A program made the translations under genes and the position numbers. The notes below the pieces were generated by a model, which worked only from the letters and a program-made list of their open reading frames with translations, was not told where the DNA came from and made no database searches. From positions 1-58,029 of the forward strand of contig MCFE01000558.1 of NCBI GenBank assembly GCA_002104905.1: 58,029 bases of DNA, written 5' to 3'. Shown here one piece after another: positions 10,781 to 23,969 of this stretch. Numbering within the stretch: position 1 is the stretch's first letter; every line of letters begins with the position of its first letter. This DNA is from Basidiobolus meristosporus CBS 931.73. Its lineage: Eukaryota; Fungi; Basidiobolomycota.

Positions 10781-13700
10781 TCAATTAGTAGGGCCACAAC
10801 AATCACATGAATGTTCTGGAATACCAAAAGTGACCCTTCTCTTCAATGATATTCTGGGCTGTGGCATAGGCTCATCCAGATATGTAGGAGTAAGTCTGCC
10901 TGGGCTCTTGATCTCTTTTTCCATTTTTTCTTCAGCTGTTGATGTTTTGTATAAATCAGGAGTATTGTGCAGACCATGGAGTAACAATTATTACCCTACC
11001 TCTACTGGTCACATTATCACTGCTGTATTTGAGCATATCACTGGCTTTACTTGAGCTGTCTTGAGGGAGAATCCTTTTGCTTTGAGGTTTCCTTAGTTTT
11101 CTCAATTGGGTAGAATTTTGGGCCTTTACTTCAGTTTCTGTGCCCTTGTAAGGACCATTAACAGATTTCTGCACATAAATGTTCAGCAGCAGAGAAACAT
11201 AGCATTGATGGTGGGTTGACTACCTGCCACTCATACTTGAGATTCTCCAGATCGGTGTCCCATAAGTCCGTTGGAGACTTTCCCTCAAGTAGCCTAATTT
11301 CCTGCCGATTGATGGCAATCTCCTCAAGGCACTGATCTATCTATATTATAAAACGATTCATTAGCAGGTTGTCCTTAGGATACTGGAGCCTTGGTATCCA
11401 CCTTCTCTTGTGTGAAACTTGATATTGGCATGTCGAGTAAGTAGTTGTACCCAGTAATTTCATCACACAACGATACACCTTTTGTATCTTCACCTGAAGG
11501 GTATACTTTGGTGTCCACATCAGTCTTATATCCTTTTTGCTCAAGCTCAGTAAGGATATCTCTTTTTTTCCGATTGTGTAACACTATGGTTCCATCAATC
11601 ATTTCTCTTAAAAAGTGAGCCTTGTTCTCTAAATTTTCTTTCTTCCTAACTAATTGTCTAAGAAGCCATTCCTATTATGCAAGATCCATGAGCAACTATC
11701 ATGAATGGAGTTCTAAGAAGACCAGTTACTTTGCGCTTGACATAGTATTCCAAACGTACTTCGTAAAACTCCCCCAGCATCTCTTCAGGCGAATGATATT
11801 TCCGAATTCTTAGATTTTTATCGCAACAAACCATATTGGAGGTGGAGATGTAGTTGACTAATTTGAATTTGTTTTCCAGCCCTTCAGATTCTGCTTCCTT
11901 CATTTTCTCTTCTGATAATTCTATTTTGAACTGAATCGAAGTATGGGTATGACACTCTTTATAGCTCTGAGGAGTGCGTGAGATTAGTTTGATTTGAATG
12001 ATAAATCTGGTTAGTCATGCACATAGCCAGTACCTTAATAAAAGGCTCTTTATCTTCATCAGATAACAAGCTTTCCAAATAATCCTTAAAAGGCTGTGTC
12101 CAACTTCGAACTGGTAATTCGTTGATTTCAACACTTGTAGGACTTGTTTTCTTTATGATTCCGGCTACTTTGTATTTGTCATGGGAGATAGGTATGATGG
12201 TTCCCTATTACAAAGAACACACCTTAGCACTCGCATATTTTTCATGACCAGCAGTAATATAGAAAACCTTGAAGCCTCTGTACCAAGGCGTCATTTTAAA
12301 GGTTTCTCTCCCATTCATTTTGCGTTTGAGATTTTCTATTACATCTAAGGGGTTGTAATTTGGGATTGTGGAACTCCACCCAGTGCCAACTCCTTCTCCA
12401 CCATTTATAAGCAGCAAAGGCACTATAGGAATATACCTAAATATACGAAATAAACACCTAATGTAGCAATTGAAATCGCCATTATACCAATTACCATTGG
12501 GGTTCAATTATTTGACCGTCATCACTTTTGAGATATGCCAATAACGGTTCATCAGCAGGATGAAAAATAAATGGAGCTATATCAGCGAGAGATGTATGTA
12601 TGTGACGGACATGGGCTGCATCCTTTCCGCCCTAATATTTGGAATGGTTAAACTGAATACATTCATACTTCTATAGATAGACTACGTGCTTGAGCTCGTG
12701 TCCCAAACTGTCCAATGGGCTCCAATAAATTGATGTTATTGCTTCCCATGAAATTCTGAGCCAACCCAATTATAATGGCACATAAACTCTGTTTCCCATG
12801 GCGATAAGAGCAGTGCTCCCTAACGTAGTCTGCAAGTTGCTGGACCTGAAAGGTAGTACTTTAGGGAAAATCTTGAAATATTTATTTACATAATGGTTAC
12901 CTTGATCCTCGTCTTCAACTTTTTCTGGAAGCAGTTGAATAGAACCTTTCTATGACCCGGTTTGAGACCGTCGATTAAGGAAGGAACTGAATGTATATTA
13001 TCATTCATCGCTATATATATATGTATGTACATACATATATAAGTAGATTGGAGGCTTAATCAATGGTAAAATAAAGGCCCTATACAAACGAAAATTAACT
13101 CTTTCGCGATGAAATCGGAAACTTCAACTCGAGACGCATTATAATTCATGCAGATTCCAAACTACCAAATTCAATTGCTAAGTTTGGTGGATAAAAATCA
13201 AACCTAGACACAAAGTACCTCGAATTTTCTGAGCCACACTTTGCGACCATCTCCTTTCGCTCCATCCAATGCTAAATCGATTAGGAAGTGGTCCGTGGGC
13301 TTCGCTTGAGAAGCATTTTCCTGGTAATACTTCAATGCTGCGAAATAGAGCTTAGCATCGCTAGCGGTGTTTGCTCCTAAACCCTGTGAAACGTAAACAT
13401 GGCTAATATGTTTCCCTTCTCAATGTATGATTAGGCGTTGTGGAACTACTTTGTGATATTCTACGCTCCATCCAATTCCATTGTTATTGCATTTTTTCCA
13501 AGCTTCATATTCTGGAATAGTAAAGAAGCTAATATCGAGTGGATCTTTTTTGACCTAATGAAATCGACAGTTATTTATCATCACTCTCTAGAAATAACTT
13601 GAGGAACTCTGAGCTTACGCGGATAATGGGCGTGATGAACTCTCTTAGAAAACCAGGATTTTTTAACAGAGTCGGCCAGAAATGATCAATAAATTTAACT

Positions 13701-15597
13701 ATAAGATCCTTGCTGTGAGACCCATTGTGATTCTGGTCAGTCATGATCATCAAATGACCATAACGTAAACTCTGGGTAGTGTGGTATTTTTTGCCATACC
13801 GCAACCCTAGAATCCTCTTGACATTGTTGATTTCGATATTTTCGTAGATTTGCTTACGAGAGGCACCTCTGACATCGAACACCTTTCCACTTAACGGAAA
13901 TATACCAAAATAATCGCGGCCAACAATCTCTAGTCCACTCATAGCTAGTGCTTTAGCCGAATCACCTTTGGTGAGTATCAGAGTGCAATCTTTCGCCCGC
14001 TCTGTCCCTGCAAAGTTGGCGTCATCAAGATTATTCAGCCTAGATAGCCTGGATTTCTTTTGATTGTCGCTTTTTTTCAACATTTTACCTTCGCTTATAG
14101 AAGCCAAGTTTGTGATGGATTCGACAACTGGTGCTAAACTAGCAAGCTTCGTCATGAACCCGTTAGACAATATTGGCTTGGATCCAAATTTGCTGGGTCT
14201 AAGCGTAAGACACTCTTTGGTTGGTGAATCGAATGTAGGATTTTCAATGGAACAATTGATAAATATCCAACATTGATTTTTTACTTGACGCTTCTTGATT
14301 AATGTACTTGTGCACCTTGCTTTAGCACAATCCAAAAGCTTATTGATGATTTGATCAGCAACATACTGCACATGTGTTCCACCCTTGCTAGTAGATATAC
14401 TATTGACAAAACTGACTTGCTGAAATTGGCTTTCACTTTGCGTGAAGCAAACCTCCCAGCAGTTTCTTCTCTCGCTTTTGATTCGTTCATAAATAATCAC
14501 GGGTTTTCCGAGCTCCTTGTTATGAATTTTATCTTTCAAATATAATTTGACGTAATCTTCGAAGCTTTTGATAGAAATCAAATGCTCGTTGAGATATACC
14601 TGGACATCCCCTCCGAAACATCCAGCAATATCATACACTCGTTTGATAAATAGGCTCTGGTGTACATCATCGATCTCATACATGCCAAACTTGGCCAGAT
14701 CAGGCTGAAAGGTGATTTTGGTATAATCCGTCTTATTACCAGTAGTGATAAAAGGTTTGCCGACTGTGGACATGTTATTGCTGAATACCTAAAATGCAAC
14801 AGTGGAGAAGTCCACGTTTTTAACATGTGAGCGCATCACATTATGAGATCATACGAGTTAACCTGCTTATAGTGCTGGCCATTCTCCTTGCTTCCAATTT
14901 CAACAATGAACTGTAAACTATAAATGTTACAGAGCTTTGCTCCATATCCGTCGTAATAGCCAGTATTTTTCTTTTCGAAATCGTTGCGGTTAGGTAAATG
15001 TCCAAAAATCAGCTCCGGTGTGTAGATTCCCTCTTTGGACTGGAATTCAATTGGAACACCCATTCCGTTGTTGAAGACAGAGATGATATTTTTCTCTTTA
15101 TTGATGTTGACCTTGAGGGTATTCATACTAGGATCTCGCACCTATATATAGGATCGGGCTAACTAAAACTACTGTTCCTTCATTTAGAAACACATCGGCG
15201 ATTTTACCTTATTTCCCGTGGCGTTGACCAGAATTTCGTCAAATATCTTGTAAAACCCGGGTACGATTTTTGTCTTCTTTAATGCCATACATTGATCCAC
15301 GGTAGAGTATACCCATAGATTTCTTTCAGTTGCATTGACTGATCCAATGTATGTATCAGGTCGGTGCAGTATATGTTCAATTTGAGTTTTCCTCTGGTAA
15401 ATGTCTATTACTACTTTAGAGGATGAGCAGGAGATTACTCTGTACATAGCATTCACTCTACCATCTAGGGATTTTTCGAGTGGGCTGGACAATGCTACAT
15501 TTGGAGGAGCATACTTGCATTTTTTAGGTGCACATGTTCCGACTTTCCGGACTCGGCGATAATGAATTGCAGTGCTGTTGACTCTAGTCATCTTCAT
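10781..15597 (-). CDS. TOP2: DNA topoisomerase II paralogue with substituted catalytic residues (probable pseudoenzyme or decaying duplicate); 3' end uncertain
   Basis: Top2 motifs in order: YQRKTQIEHILHRPDTYIGS, KIFDEILVNA, GYGAKLCN, TOPRIM, DGLKPGHRKV, GSNNINLL..GQFGTR, NGGEGVGTGWS. Exons are separated by short introns; a 400-codon exon spans 13571-14773. One probable +1 frameshift near 11640. Confidence 0.85.
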
Positions 15598-15866
15598 GTA
15601 GAACTTTGTGAATATGAAATCAGTGCAATGGGAACTGAGGACGCATTACCATGGAAGAGATGGACTCACGATTAAGAATGAAGAGATAGGGTGATTTCTA
15701 ACATAGATTATATAGGCAAGCTTCAGGTGGTTGCGTGTATGCGCATACCATTAGTCGAATGACGCGGACACGTATGTGAATGCTCAACAATGGTTTATTT
15801 CTAAAGACCTCGGCGTATTTTGGTATCTGGGCAAAATGTGTACAATGTCACTCATATAAGGAGCAT

Positions 15867-17536
15867 TTATTGAACCATTGGCCTGACGAAAGATTCAGAA
15901 GTGAGTAAATAGTTTGCAATCTCGGTAGTAGACAACATAAATACCTATATTCACGCAGGACCACTGGAACACTGGTACATGGAATCATACCAACTTCGGA
16001 AATAACGACCGTGATAAACTCCGAGGGAGTCAGGTCGTAAAGAAGATTCAACAGCCTCAAGTCGGGGATTGCCTTCCAGTCAGAAAGAGTCGAATGCTGA
16101 GTCCTGGTTGGCTTGATATTTCCAGAGGCGGAAGGACGGTCTGCTGAAGCAACCTCCTCAACATCCCCAATCTCGTTGTACACAAAGGAGTCCAGCTGTA
16201 CACGATCAGAGAACTTGTAAGTCTCACAGCAGACAATGACCGGGATTTTTTGGTGATTGGCCATCATGGCAACTATGGCAGTACCAGCACGTGAAAGCAT
16301 AGCTCCGTTGGAAAACATTCCATGTGCACCCAGAAATACTTTGGATACCTCCTTGATCACAAAGCCAACGGCGTTGATCAAGACGTATGTGCACTTTATT
16401 CCGGCCTGAGTCAGTCGCTTCATCAAGGTGATTCCTTCAAGCTTAGGTCGAGAGTCAACCACAATTACACGGAAGGAAATCCCCTTGGTATGTGCTTCAA
16501 GCAGAAGGCTTTGGACTATTGAGGAGCTAAAAGGTGATTTAGATACAAGGCTGCAATCTCTCGAAGCGAAGAATAGTGTTACCAGGCGTAGGTCAAGATC
16601 ACGTCGTTATTTTGAATCTTGTTGAGCCCAAAATCGACAATCATCTTGTCAGCAACGGTGATTCTGTCACGGATAAACTGATCGATTCGCTCAATGAGCA
16701 AGGCTTTGGCCTACAAATAAACATTACTCGGCTGTTGTTGTTGTTGTTGGAATGAGTAAACTTACGTCTTCGTCGGGTAAATCGATGCTTAGAATGGAGA
16801 TTTCGTATTTCAGATAACGAATTGCGTTGCCCATACTAACAGAGAGCGGACGCATGTTTACCAAGTAAGCAATTTGGGGGTTCAAATAGTGTTGGAGATT
16901 GCGGGTGAGAGTGGTATGTGGAGGGGTTTGATAATCTCGGATTACCTAAAGCTTTCTGTTAGCTTCGAAACCTTTGAAACCCATGCTACAAAACCACCTA
17001 CTTTCTTGAATGCGTTCAGGGTTGCCAATGCTCTGGCATTTGAGCCGGAAATCTGGAATTCGGAAAATTGCAGCCCAAGTGACATGATGGCTGGGTGAAG
17101 TTCTTTGGGGGCAGTCACGCCTGAAGGGCCCTTGGATTCCTCTAAATGAGCGAATAGACCGAGCTGTTTGGGTTTCTTATCTTCTTTTGAATTGATAGAT
17201 TTCGTTTTCGGCTGAGGTGTGGCATTTACCATAGGCTTGGTAGGAGTAGGCTTCGCAGCGTTAGCAGAGCCTCCCTTTGCTTTTTGTTGAGCACTATTGG
17301 CTTTCATGGCTTCCTTTTCTGCGCGTTGCTTCTCCTATTTTTAATTCCGATTAATACATCACCCGCCAGAAACGATACAAACACTCGGCAACCTGAAGTG
17401 CTCGACGTTCGGCTTTTGTCATTTCTTTCTGGGATTTTCTTACAGGAGTTTCCTCACCCTTGCGACTCTCATGCTCGTCTTTGCCTTTCCCTTTGCCCAA
17501 GGAGTGAGGTGGCGAAGAATCGGTGCCGTTTGACAT
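15867..17536 (-). CDS. GCD2: Translation initiation factor eIF2B subunit delta
   Basis: TKAERRALQ, LHPAIMSLGLQ..ISGSNAR, RPLSVSMGNAIR, VDSRPKLEG, CETYKFSDRVQLDS, YDLTPSEFIT..TSVPVVLRE; multi-exon. Confidence 0.95.
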
Positions 17537-17953
17537 CTCGTAGCTATGGTAAGAGAAACGGGATCATCAATGCTTGGGAAATATCGAATTTACTGTTGGT
17601 TGCCATCCGCCAAATGTTGTTTATATTTCATGTCTCTTGATAATCTAATCCAAATCGATTTAGAACTTGCATAACTCGGGCATAACGCTTAATGACCTTT
17701 GACAAATCAAGATATTTACGGTTAACAACTTGAACGACCAATTCGTCAAAATGATATTCTAATTGTCAGCATCACCACACATTGGTTCATTGATTTGTCA
17801 TCAATACCCACACACCTACGATATTATCCTAAACTTTAGGAAAATGAATGACTCAAAACCAGACAAAATGATGAAATCCGCTTCCAAGTAAATTCTTATC
17901 AAGGAATGAAATTTACATTTAGCACATACCTGTCGCTAGTATTGGTACTCTAA

Positions 17954-20841
17954 ATGGCGTTCCGTCAACTCTCGTCAGTTTCGAAGTTCCTCCCGGCCCC
18001 TCGGAGTTTTCTACTACTCCCCCGAGGCCAGAGTCTCTGCGCCCGTTCACAATTCTCAACAGTACGCTTCACGCATTGTTGGCCTCTTTTGTATCCACCT
18101 TCTTGCCCCTAACTTGTTGCTTTCTATTGGTATAGCTTTCAAGAAAGCAAATATCCCACGGTCCCTTAGCCTACAAGCCCGGTGCTAACTCACATTTCTA
18201 TAGCAGTAAACTATTGAAGTTAGAAGTAGGGTTTTGGACTCGGTCTTTTCTCAAACACTGACTAAAGTTTCCTCTTGTGCAAATCGTGGTGTAACAGGCA
18301 AAAGACACGTCGATATTTGTTAAAGCTAGGAATTTCGCTACCAAAACAAAACCTTCTGAGCTCTCGAAACCTCCCCAGCCACAGGCCAAGAAGTTGTCCG
18401 AAAATGCCAGTAGAAATTCAACCGACTGGCAGATTATTAAACAAATGATGAAATATGTTTGGCCTAAAGGTGATAGAGCCGTCAAAATTCGAGTTGTCAG
18501 CGCTCTTGTCCTTTTAATTGCCGGGAAGATTCTCAACGTTCAAGTCCCAATGTTCTTTAAGGATGTTATTGACTCTCTAAATGTCGATATCACCACGGGT
18601 AGTACAGTATTTACGGTTGTTGGGGCCATGCTGATTGGATGTAAGTGTAATGCAGCGAACTTCATGTTATTCAGCCACTAAAGCCTCTGATGTTTATCAA
18701 AGATGGTGCTGCTAGACTCGGCTCCTCTGTCTTCCAGGAGTTACGTACCGCCATTTTTGCCACTGTGTCACAGAAGGCGATTCGACGTGTTGCTGCCAAT
18801 ACCTTCTCCCACCTTCATAGCTTGGATTTAAGTTTCCATCTGACTCGGCAAACAGGAGGTCTCAGCAGAGCTATAGATAGAGGAACCAAGTAAGCGACTT
18901 GACACCACCCACTCATTTCACGAGACGCATGTTAACCTGGCGGCCATTTTAGAGGAATCAGCTTCCTACTTTCTTCGGTTGTGATACATATCGTCCCCAC
19001 CGCTGTCGAGATTGCCATTGTTTGCGGCATTCTGGTACTTGTTGATCCACACTATACTCTTATCTTCTGCAGTTCATTGAAACAGATCACATCTTCAGGT
19101 CTCGAAATACGGCCCATCCTTTGCTGTTGTCACGCTCGGAACAATGGTTGCGTACACCGCTTTTACCGTTGCCGTCACATCCTGGAGGTACCTGGCATAT
19201 GCCGCCGATGTATAGATACTTGCACCGTACTCATCCACCTCCACCTAGAACCCAATTTCGTAAGCACATGAATGCTGCCGACAACGAGGCCGCAACCCGT
19301 GTTGTGGACTCTCTGCTCAACTACGAAGCCGTTAAGGTGAATATCTCTGACCCCCTCCCTCCTTCGGTCCATGCTAAAACAGCGCTGGTAGTACTTTAAC
19401 AACGAGAAATTCGAGCTCGAACGCTACGATCAGTCCCTCGCTAAATACGAAAAGTCTGCATTGAAAGTGGCCAGCAGTCTTGCCCTGTTGAATGCCGGTC
19501 AAAACATGGTATTCAGTGTTGCTTTAACCGCGATGATGTGGTTGGCTGCTCAAGGAGTGGTTGAAGGTGATTTCCAGGTCCTTTTATCATTCAAGTCCAG
19601 GACTCATCTCACACAATGTAGGAACACTGACGGTTGGCGATGTTGTCTTGGTCAATGGGCTTGTCTTTCAATTGTCGCTTCCCCTCAACTTTTTGGGCTC
19701 CGTCTATCGGGAAATGAGGCAGGCTTTGATTGACATGGACGCCTTGTTCAACCTCCAAGGGGTGGACATGAAGATTAAGGTTGTTGCTGCTGGTTTCTGA
19801 TCAGATCATCCACTAGAGCTAAACAGGATGTCTTTACAGGAGAAGCCAAACGCCCCACCTCTGGTGCTCAAAGGCGGCGAGATCCGATTTGAAAATGTTG
19901 TTTTTGGCTATCAGCCACACAATCCCATCCTCAAGGGCGTCAGCTTTACCATCCCTAAGGGAGAGAAGGTGGCCATCGTGGGACCAAGCGGCTGTGGGTG
20001 AGTAACTCTTCCAGAAGCTTGCCATTTGATAACCAGCGACCCTGAACTCGTTTTTCAGCAAATCCACTATTCTTCGTCTTCTGTTCCGTTTCTACGATCC
20101 ACAATCTGGAAACATCTACATCGACGGCCAGAACATCCGAGATGTCTCATTGGACAGTCTGAGAAAACACATCGGCGTTGTTCCTCAGGTATGATCAGAG
20201 ATGTTGCTAGGGTTGTCTAGCACGCATATTAACCTCAACATCTTGTAGGATACCGCGCTTTTCAACGATTCCATCTACTACAACATCCTCTACGGCAACA
20301 CCAACGCCTCCAAGGAACAAGTCTACGAGGCTGCCAAGAAGGCACAGATCCATGATGTGATCATGCGATTCCCCAACCAATACGATACCAAAGTTGGTGA
20401 AAGAGGGCTGATGCTCTCGGGCGGTGAAAAGCAAAGAGTTGCCCTCTCCAGAACAATCCTCAAGAGCCCGCCCATCCTGATGTTTGACGAGGCTACATCT
20501 GCACTCGATACGCACACGGAGCAGTCCATCTTGGAATCAGTGCGCAGCATACTTCGCAGTGAAAACCACACCAGTCTATTTATCGCACATCGCTTGAGGA
20601 CCATCAATGATGCTGGTTTGTACATTTAATCCAATGGACTAACGCAGACACACCAATGTGTTGACTAACCCATTTTCCAGATACCATCATAGTGCTGAAG
20701 GATGGAACAGTGGCCGAGCAAGGATCCCACTACGATCTGATCCGCAATAACACAGGCAGCGGGCTTTATCAAGCGATGTGGAACTCTCAAGAGTTGACCC
20801 AAGCCACCATAGAACAAGATAGACCCAGCCAATCCCAATAA
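17954..20841 (+). CDS. ATM1: Mitochondrial Fe-S ABC half-transporter (ABCB7/Atm1)
   Basis: Basic N-terminal presequence, [56 protein letters not shown], Walker [27 protein letters not shown]. Confidence 0.95.
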
Positions 20842-21018
20842 CCCCTTCAATGTCCAATCCCAACAACCCCTTCAATGTAATTCATACAACAACCCATCCA
20901 TAAACACCTTGAACACCCATTCATACATACTTGAACGTGCTTCTATTTTATTTCGAACTGAACACCCTGAACACCCATTCGTACATACTTAAACGTGCTT
21001 CTATTTTATTTCGAACTG
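20829..21018. repeat. Two short tandem duplications (25 bp x2 at 20829-20878; 58 bp x2 at 20903-21018)
   Basis: CCAATCCCAA(T/C)AACCCCTTCAATGT occurs twice. AACACC(T/C)TGAACACCCATTC...TTTCGAACTG occurs twice. Confidence 0.75.
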
Positions 21019-21140
21019 AATTGCCAACTACTGAAAATGCAACTATGCAGAAGAAAACCCGACCAAAAAAGAATATGCTGATGTGTGAGAAGTTTAGGCT
21101 GAATTACTCATGCTATATATAAAATAAATGGAGTCTATGT

Positions 21141-23078
21141 TTAGTATTGATGTTGATCACGGGACTCTCTGCGCATGCGGTCCATGCGGTCGGCGTTGTG
21201 TTCGCGGGAGCCTCTGGATCCGCGTTCGTGCCAGCTTCTACGTCCTTGATCGTTGGAGGGTCTGCCATAAGAGGATGTGTTGGAACGCTGGAAATCGCGA
21301 CCTCTCGGCCTACGCTCGTAGCCGTTGTCGTTGGAATAACGATCGGCGACAAGGCGGTCGTCTCTGGAGCGGAAGGATCCGCCAAAATGACCGCCTCTCT
21401 TGGAGAATTTGTCGCGCTTGCCCAGGAGACCCAGCTTGCTGAGGAATGATTCACTAACATGTGGTGGCTCCTCGACACCAAAGCCCTTATAGAAGTCATT
21501 AGCAATAGGAAGAGTCTCGCTCTTGGGGAAACGCAGGTCTTGGGCACGGCTGGTCAAGTAGCCCAAATGAGCGCGGTAACTATCCTCGATCAAGACGGGG
21601 TCCACAAGTCTCAAGGCCTTGTTCACGGCCTTGTCAGTCTCGGGCGACTCGGCGATGGGGGTGAACTCGGTGCTCTTCTCGATGGGAAGATCGGAGACTC
21701 CCTTGAGGAAGCCAGATTCATATGGTGCCAACAACAAAACACCCTCCCCGTCCTTGCCAGCACGACCAGTACGGCCTACGCGGTGAATGTATTGCTCACG
21801 AGAGGTAGGGGTACCAGCTTGGACCACAAGAGAGACTCCGGGATAATCGACACCACGTGCAGAAACATCCGATGTGAACAGGATTCCGTTTGGTGATTTC
21901 TTGAAGCGTTGGGCAATCTTTATACGCTTGCTTTGGTCCATGCGAGAGTGAAGCTCGTAGATAGGGTAGCCCATGGCTTCGAAAGCAGAAGCGAACAACG
22001 CTGTTGTACGGGTGGTAGGGCAAAACACAATGATCTTTCCGCCTTGGCTCTGAGTTTCACGATGCTTCTCAAGGATGGATCGGAGATAGTGGAGCTGGGA
22101 TGTAAGTGGGGCAACGACGTAGGACTGCTTAACCTTCAGGTTTGTATTGACGTCATTGGGATCAACGGTGTCGAGGAAAATATGATCAGGTTTCAAGGCC
22201 AGATGGGCGATTTTGCGAATCTGTGGAGAAACGGTTGCGGAGAACATGAAAGTCTGTCTTTCCTTAGGGAATCGGTTGAGGATATCGGTGATTGTATCAC
22301 GGAAACCCATCTCCAGCAATTGGTCAGCCTCGTCGAGAATAACCAGCTTGGTGCCTTCGATTTGCTTTTGGAAGATTGTGTTTTCACTAAGGAGATCGAG
22401 AGCTCTTCCTGGGGTAGCAATAATGAAGTCCACACGTCTAGTGGAGATGATTTTCTTGTTTAAGCCCTTGCTGGTACCGCCGACAAAGCAATGAGCCTGG
22501 AAAGGATAGAAGCTGAGAAGCTTCTCGGCCTCCTCCGCGATTTGCAATGCCAGCTCTCTGGTAGGAGACATGATGAAGACCGAAACGCGCTTGCCTGTCT
22601 TGAGATCTCTAACATCGTTGTTGCGTAAAGCGGTTTCGATAGCAGGGATCAGGAAGCCAAGGGTTTTGCCTGTCCCGGTCTTGGCTTTAACAAACAAGTC
22701 TTGAGTAATGGGAAGCTTGCTTAGCACTGCATCTTGGACTTTGGACATATCTTCATATTTGAAGACCTGGCTGATAGCACGCTTGGTCTGAGGAGCAATA
22801 GCCATATCAGCAAATTTGGCAGGAGCCTTTTTCTCGGTGACATTAACTAGCTCCTCGGCTTCAGGTGAGAAACCCTCATCCTTGTTCACATTAAGGTCAG
22901 CCAAATGTTTGGCAATGGTTTGAGTGGAGGAGGCACGAATAGTCAGTGGTACATTCAGGGTGCGAGCTCCGATAGTGGAAGAGAGGAATGGTCTGTGGAC
23001 TAGGGTTTTGCCAGCAAGGGCAATGTTCCTAGTTAAAGGAGCGTGGAGTACACTGATACAACGAGCTGCCTTAAACAT
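21141..23078 (-). CDS. MSS116: Mitochondrial DEAD-box RNA helicase, Mss116-like, intronless
   Basis: AKTGTGKT, SPTRELALQI, TPGR, DEAD, SAT, HSRMDQSKR, ARGVD, HRVGRTGRAG; presequence-like start MFKAARC; Arg/Gly-rich basic tail. Confidence 0.88.
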   Translation of the reverse strand: MFKAARCISVLHAPLTRNIALAGKTLVHRPFLSSTIGARTLNVPLTIRASSTQTIAKHLADLNVNKDEGFSPEAEELVNVTEKKAPAKFADMAIAPQTKRAISQVFKYEDMSKVQDAVLSKLPITQDLFVKAKTGTGKTLGFLIPAIETALRNNDVRDLKTGKRVSVFIMSPTRELALQIAEEAEKLLSFYPFQAHCFVGGTSKGLNKKIISTRRVDFIIATPGRALDLLSENTIFQKQIEGTKLVILDEADQLLEMGFRDTITDILNRFPKERQTFMFSATVSPQIRKIAHLALKPDHIFLDTVDPNDVNTNLKVKQSYVVAPLTSQLHYLRSILEKHRETQSQGGKIIVFCPTTRTTALFASAFEAMGYPIYELHSRMDQSKRIKIAQRFKKSPNGILFTSDVSARGVDYPGVSLVVQAGTPTSREQYIHRVGRTGRAGKDGEGVLLLAPYESGFLKGVSDLPIEKSTEFTPIAESPETDKAVNKALRLVDPVLIEDSYRAHLGYLTSRAQDLRFPKSETLPIANDFYKGFGVEEPPHVSESFLSKLGLLGKRDKFSKRGGHFGGSFRSRDDRLVADRYSNDNGYERRPRGRDFQRSNTSSYGRPSNDQGRRSWHERGSRGSREHNADRMDRMRRESRDQHQY

Positions 23079-23969
23079 GATTACCTTCAGTTGACCAAGT
23101 GACAAGTGAGAGATGTATAAGCTCAAGATTTGCTCAGCACGCATTTATCGAGATTTTCTTTTTTTAGCAAAAATTTTTTCAGTTCCGCAATGTCACCAGT
23201 GAGACTTCGAATACCTTGGGCGATAAGAGATGATTGGTCCCAAGGTTTCTGGCCAAAAAAGGTAAGTAGGTCTATTTGAAAATATTTTACTCCTGACACC
23301 TATAACATATTACTGTAGACAAAGAAGCGGCGAGAGTAACGCGTACTCAATCTGCAAGATTCACCGGTAGAGAGACTCCTACACATGGTTCATGGACATA
23401 GAGTGTTTCTTTACAGACTGCAGAATTGTTCATTATCGCATGCTGTCATTGTCTCTGCATCTATTAATAATACTCATGGAATGAATGGACGAAACATCCG
23501 GTTTCATTGTGTTGTAAGGTAGAATTGGATCGGCTCAGGATCATCATATGGATGAAACTTAAATATGAATAGCAGTCATTTAAATGATTTTTTAAGTTGC
23601 ATCTGAGCCAGGTTTGTTTACATTTGATCCGTTTCTCACCAGGGTTGATTACATTGGTCACCCTCTCCTTGGTTGTCTAGGCTTGTTCTTCATTTCTCTC
23701 ACCATTGCGCATTTCCCTTTTCTTCCCCCCTTTGGCTTTTCACTCCAGACCTTTGGAACTTTTTATATAGCTATTGTCTTTTAGTATTATATACGCTTTC
23801 TACCTCTGGTTGCTCCCTTCTTACCCGTTTCGGTTTTAACGTCACCCGTCAGGCACATTCACGCGTGATTTTCTCCTTCAGATCGAACTAGACCTTCTTT
23901 TCGATTGTCATTAGCTTGTACAAGTTTACATAACCCCAAGCTTGCAGTGTTGAAGAAAAAGGCCTATCG

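Noticed and set aside
13012-13040. AT/ATGT microsatellite
   Set aside because: Short intronic low-complexity tract in the Top2-like gene.
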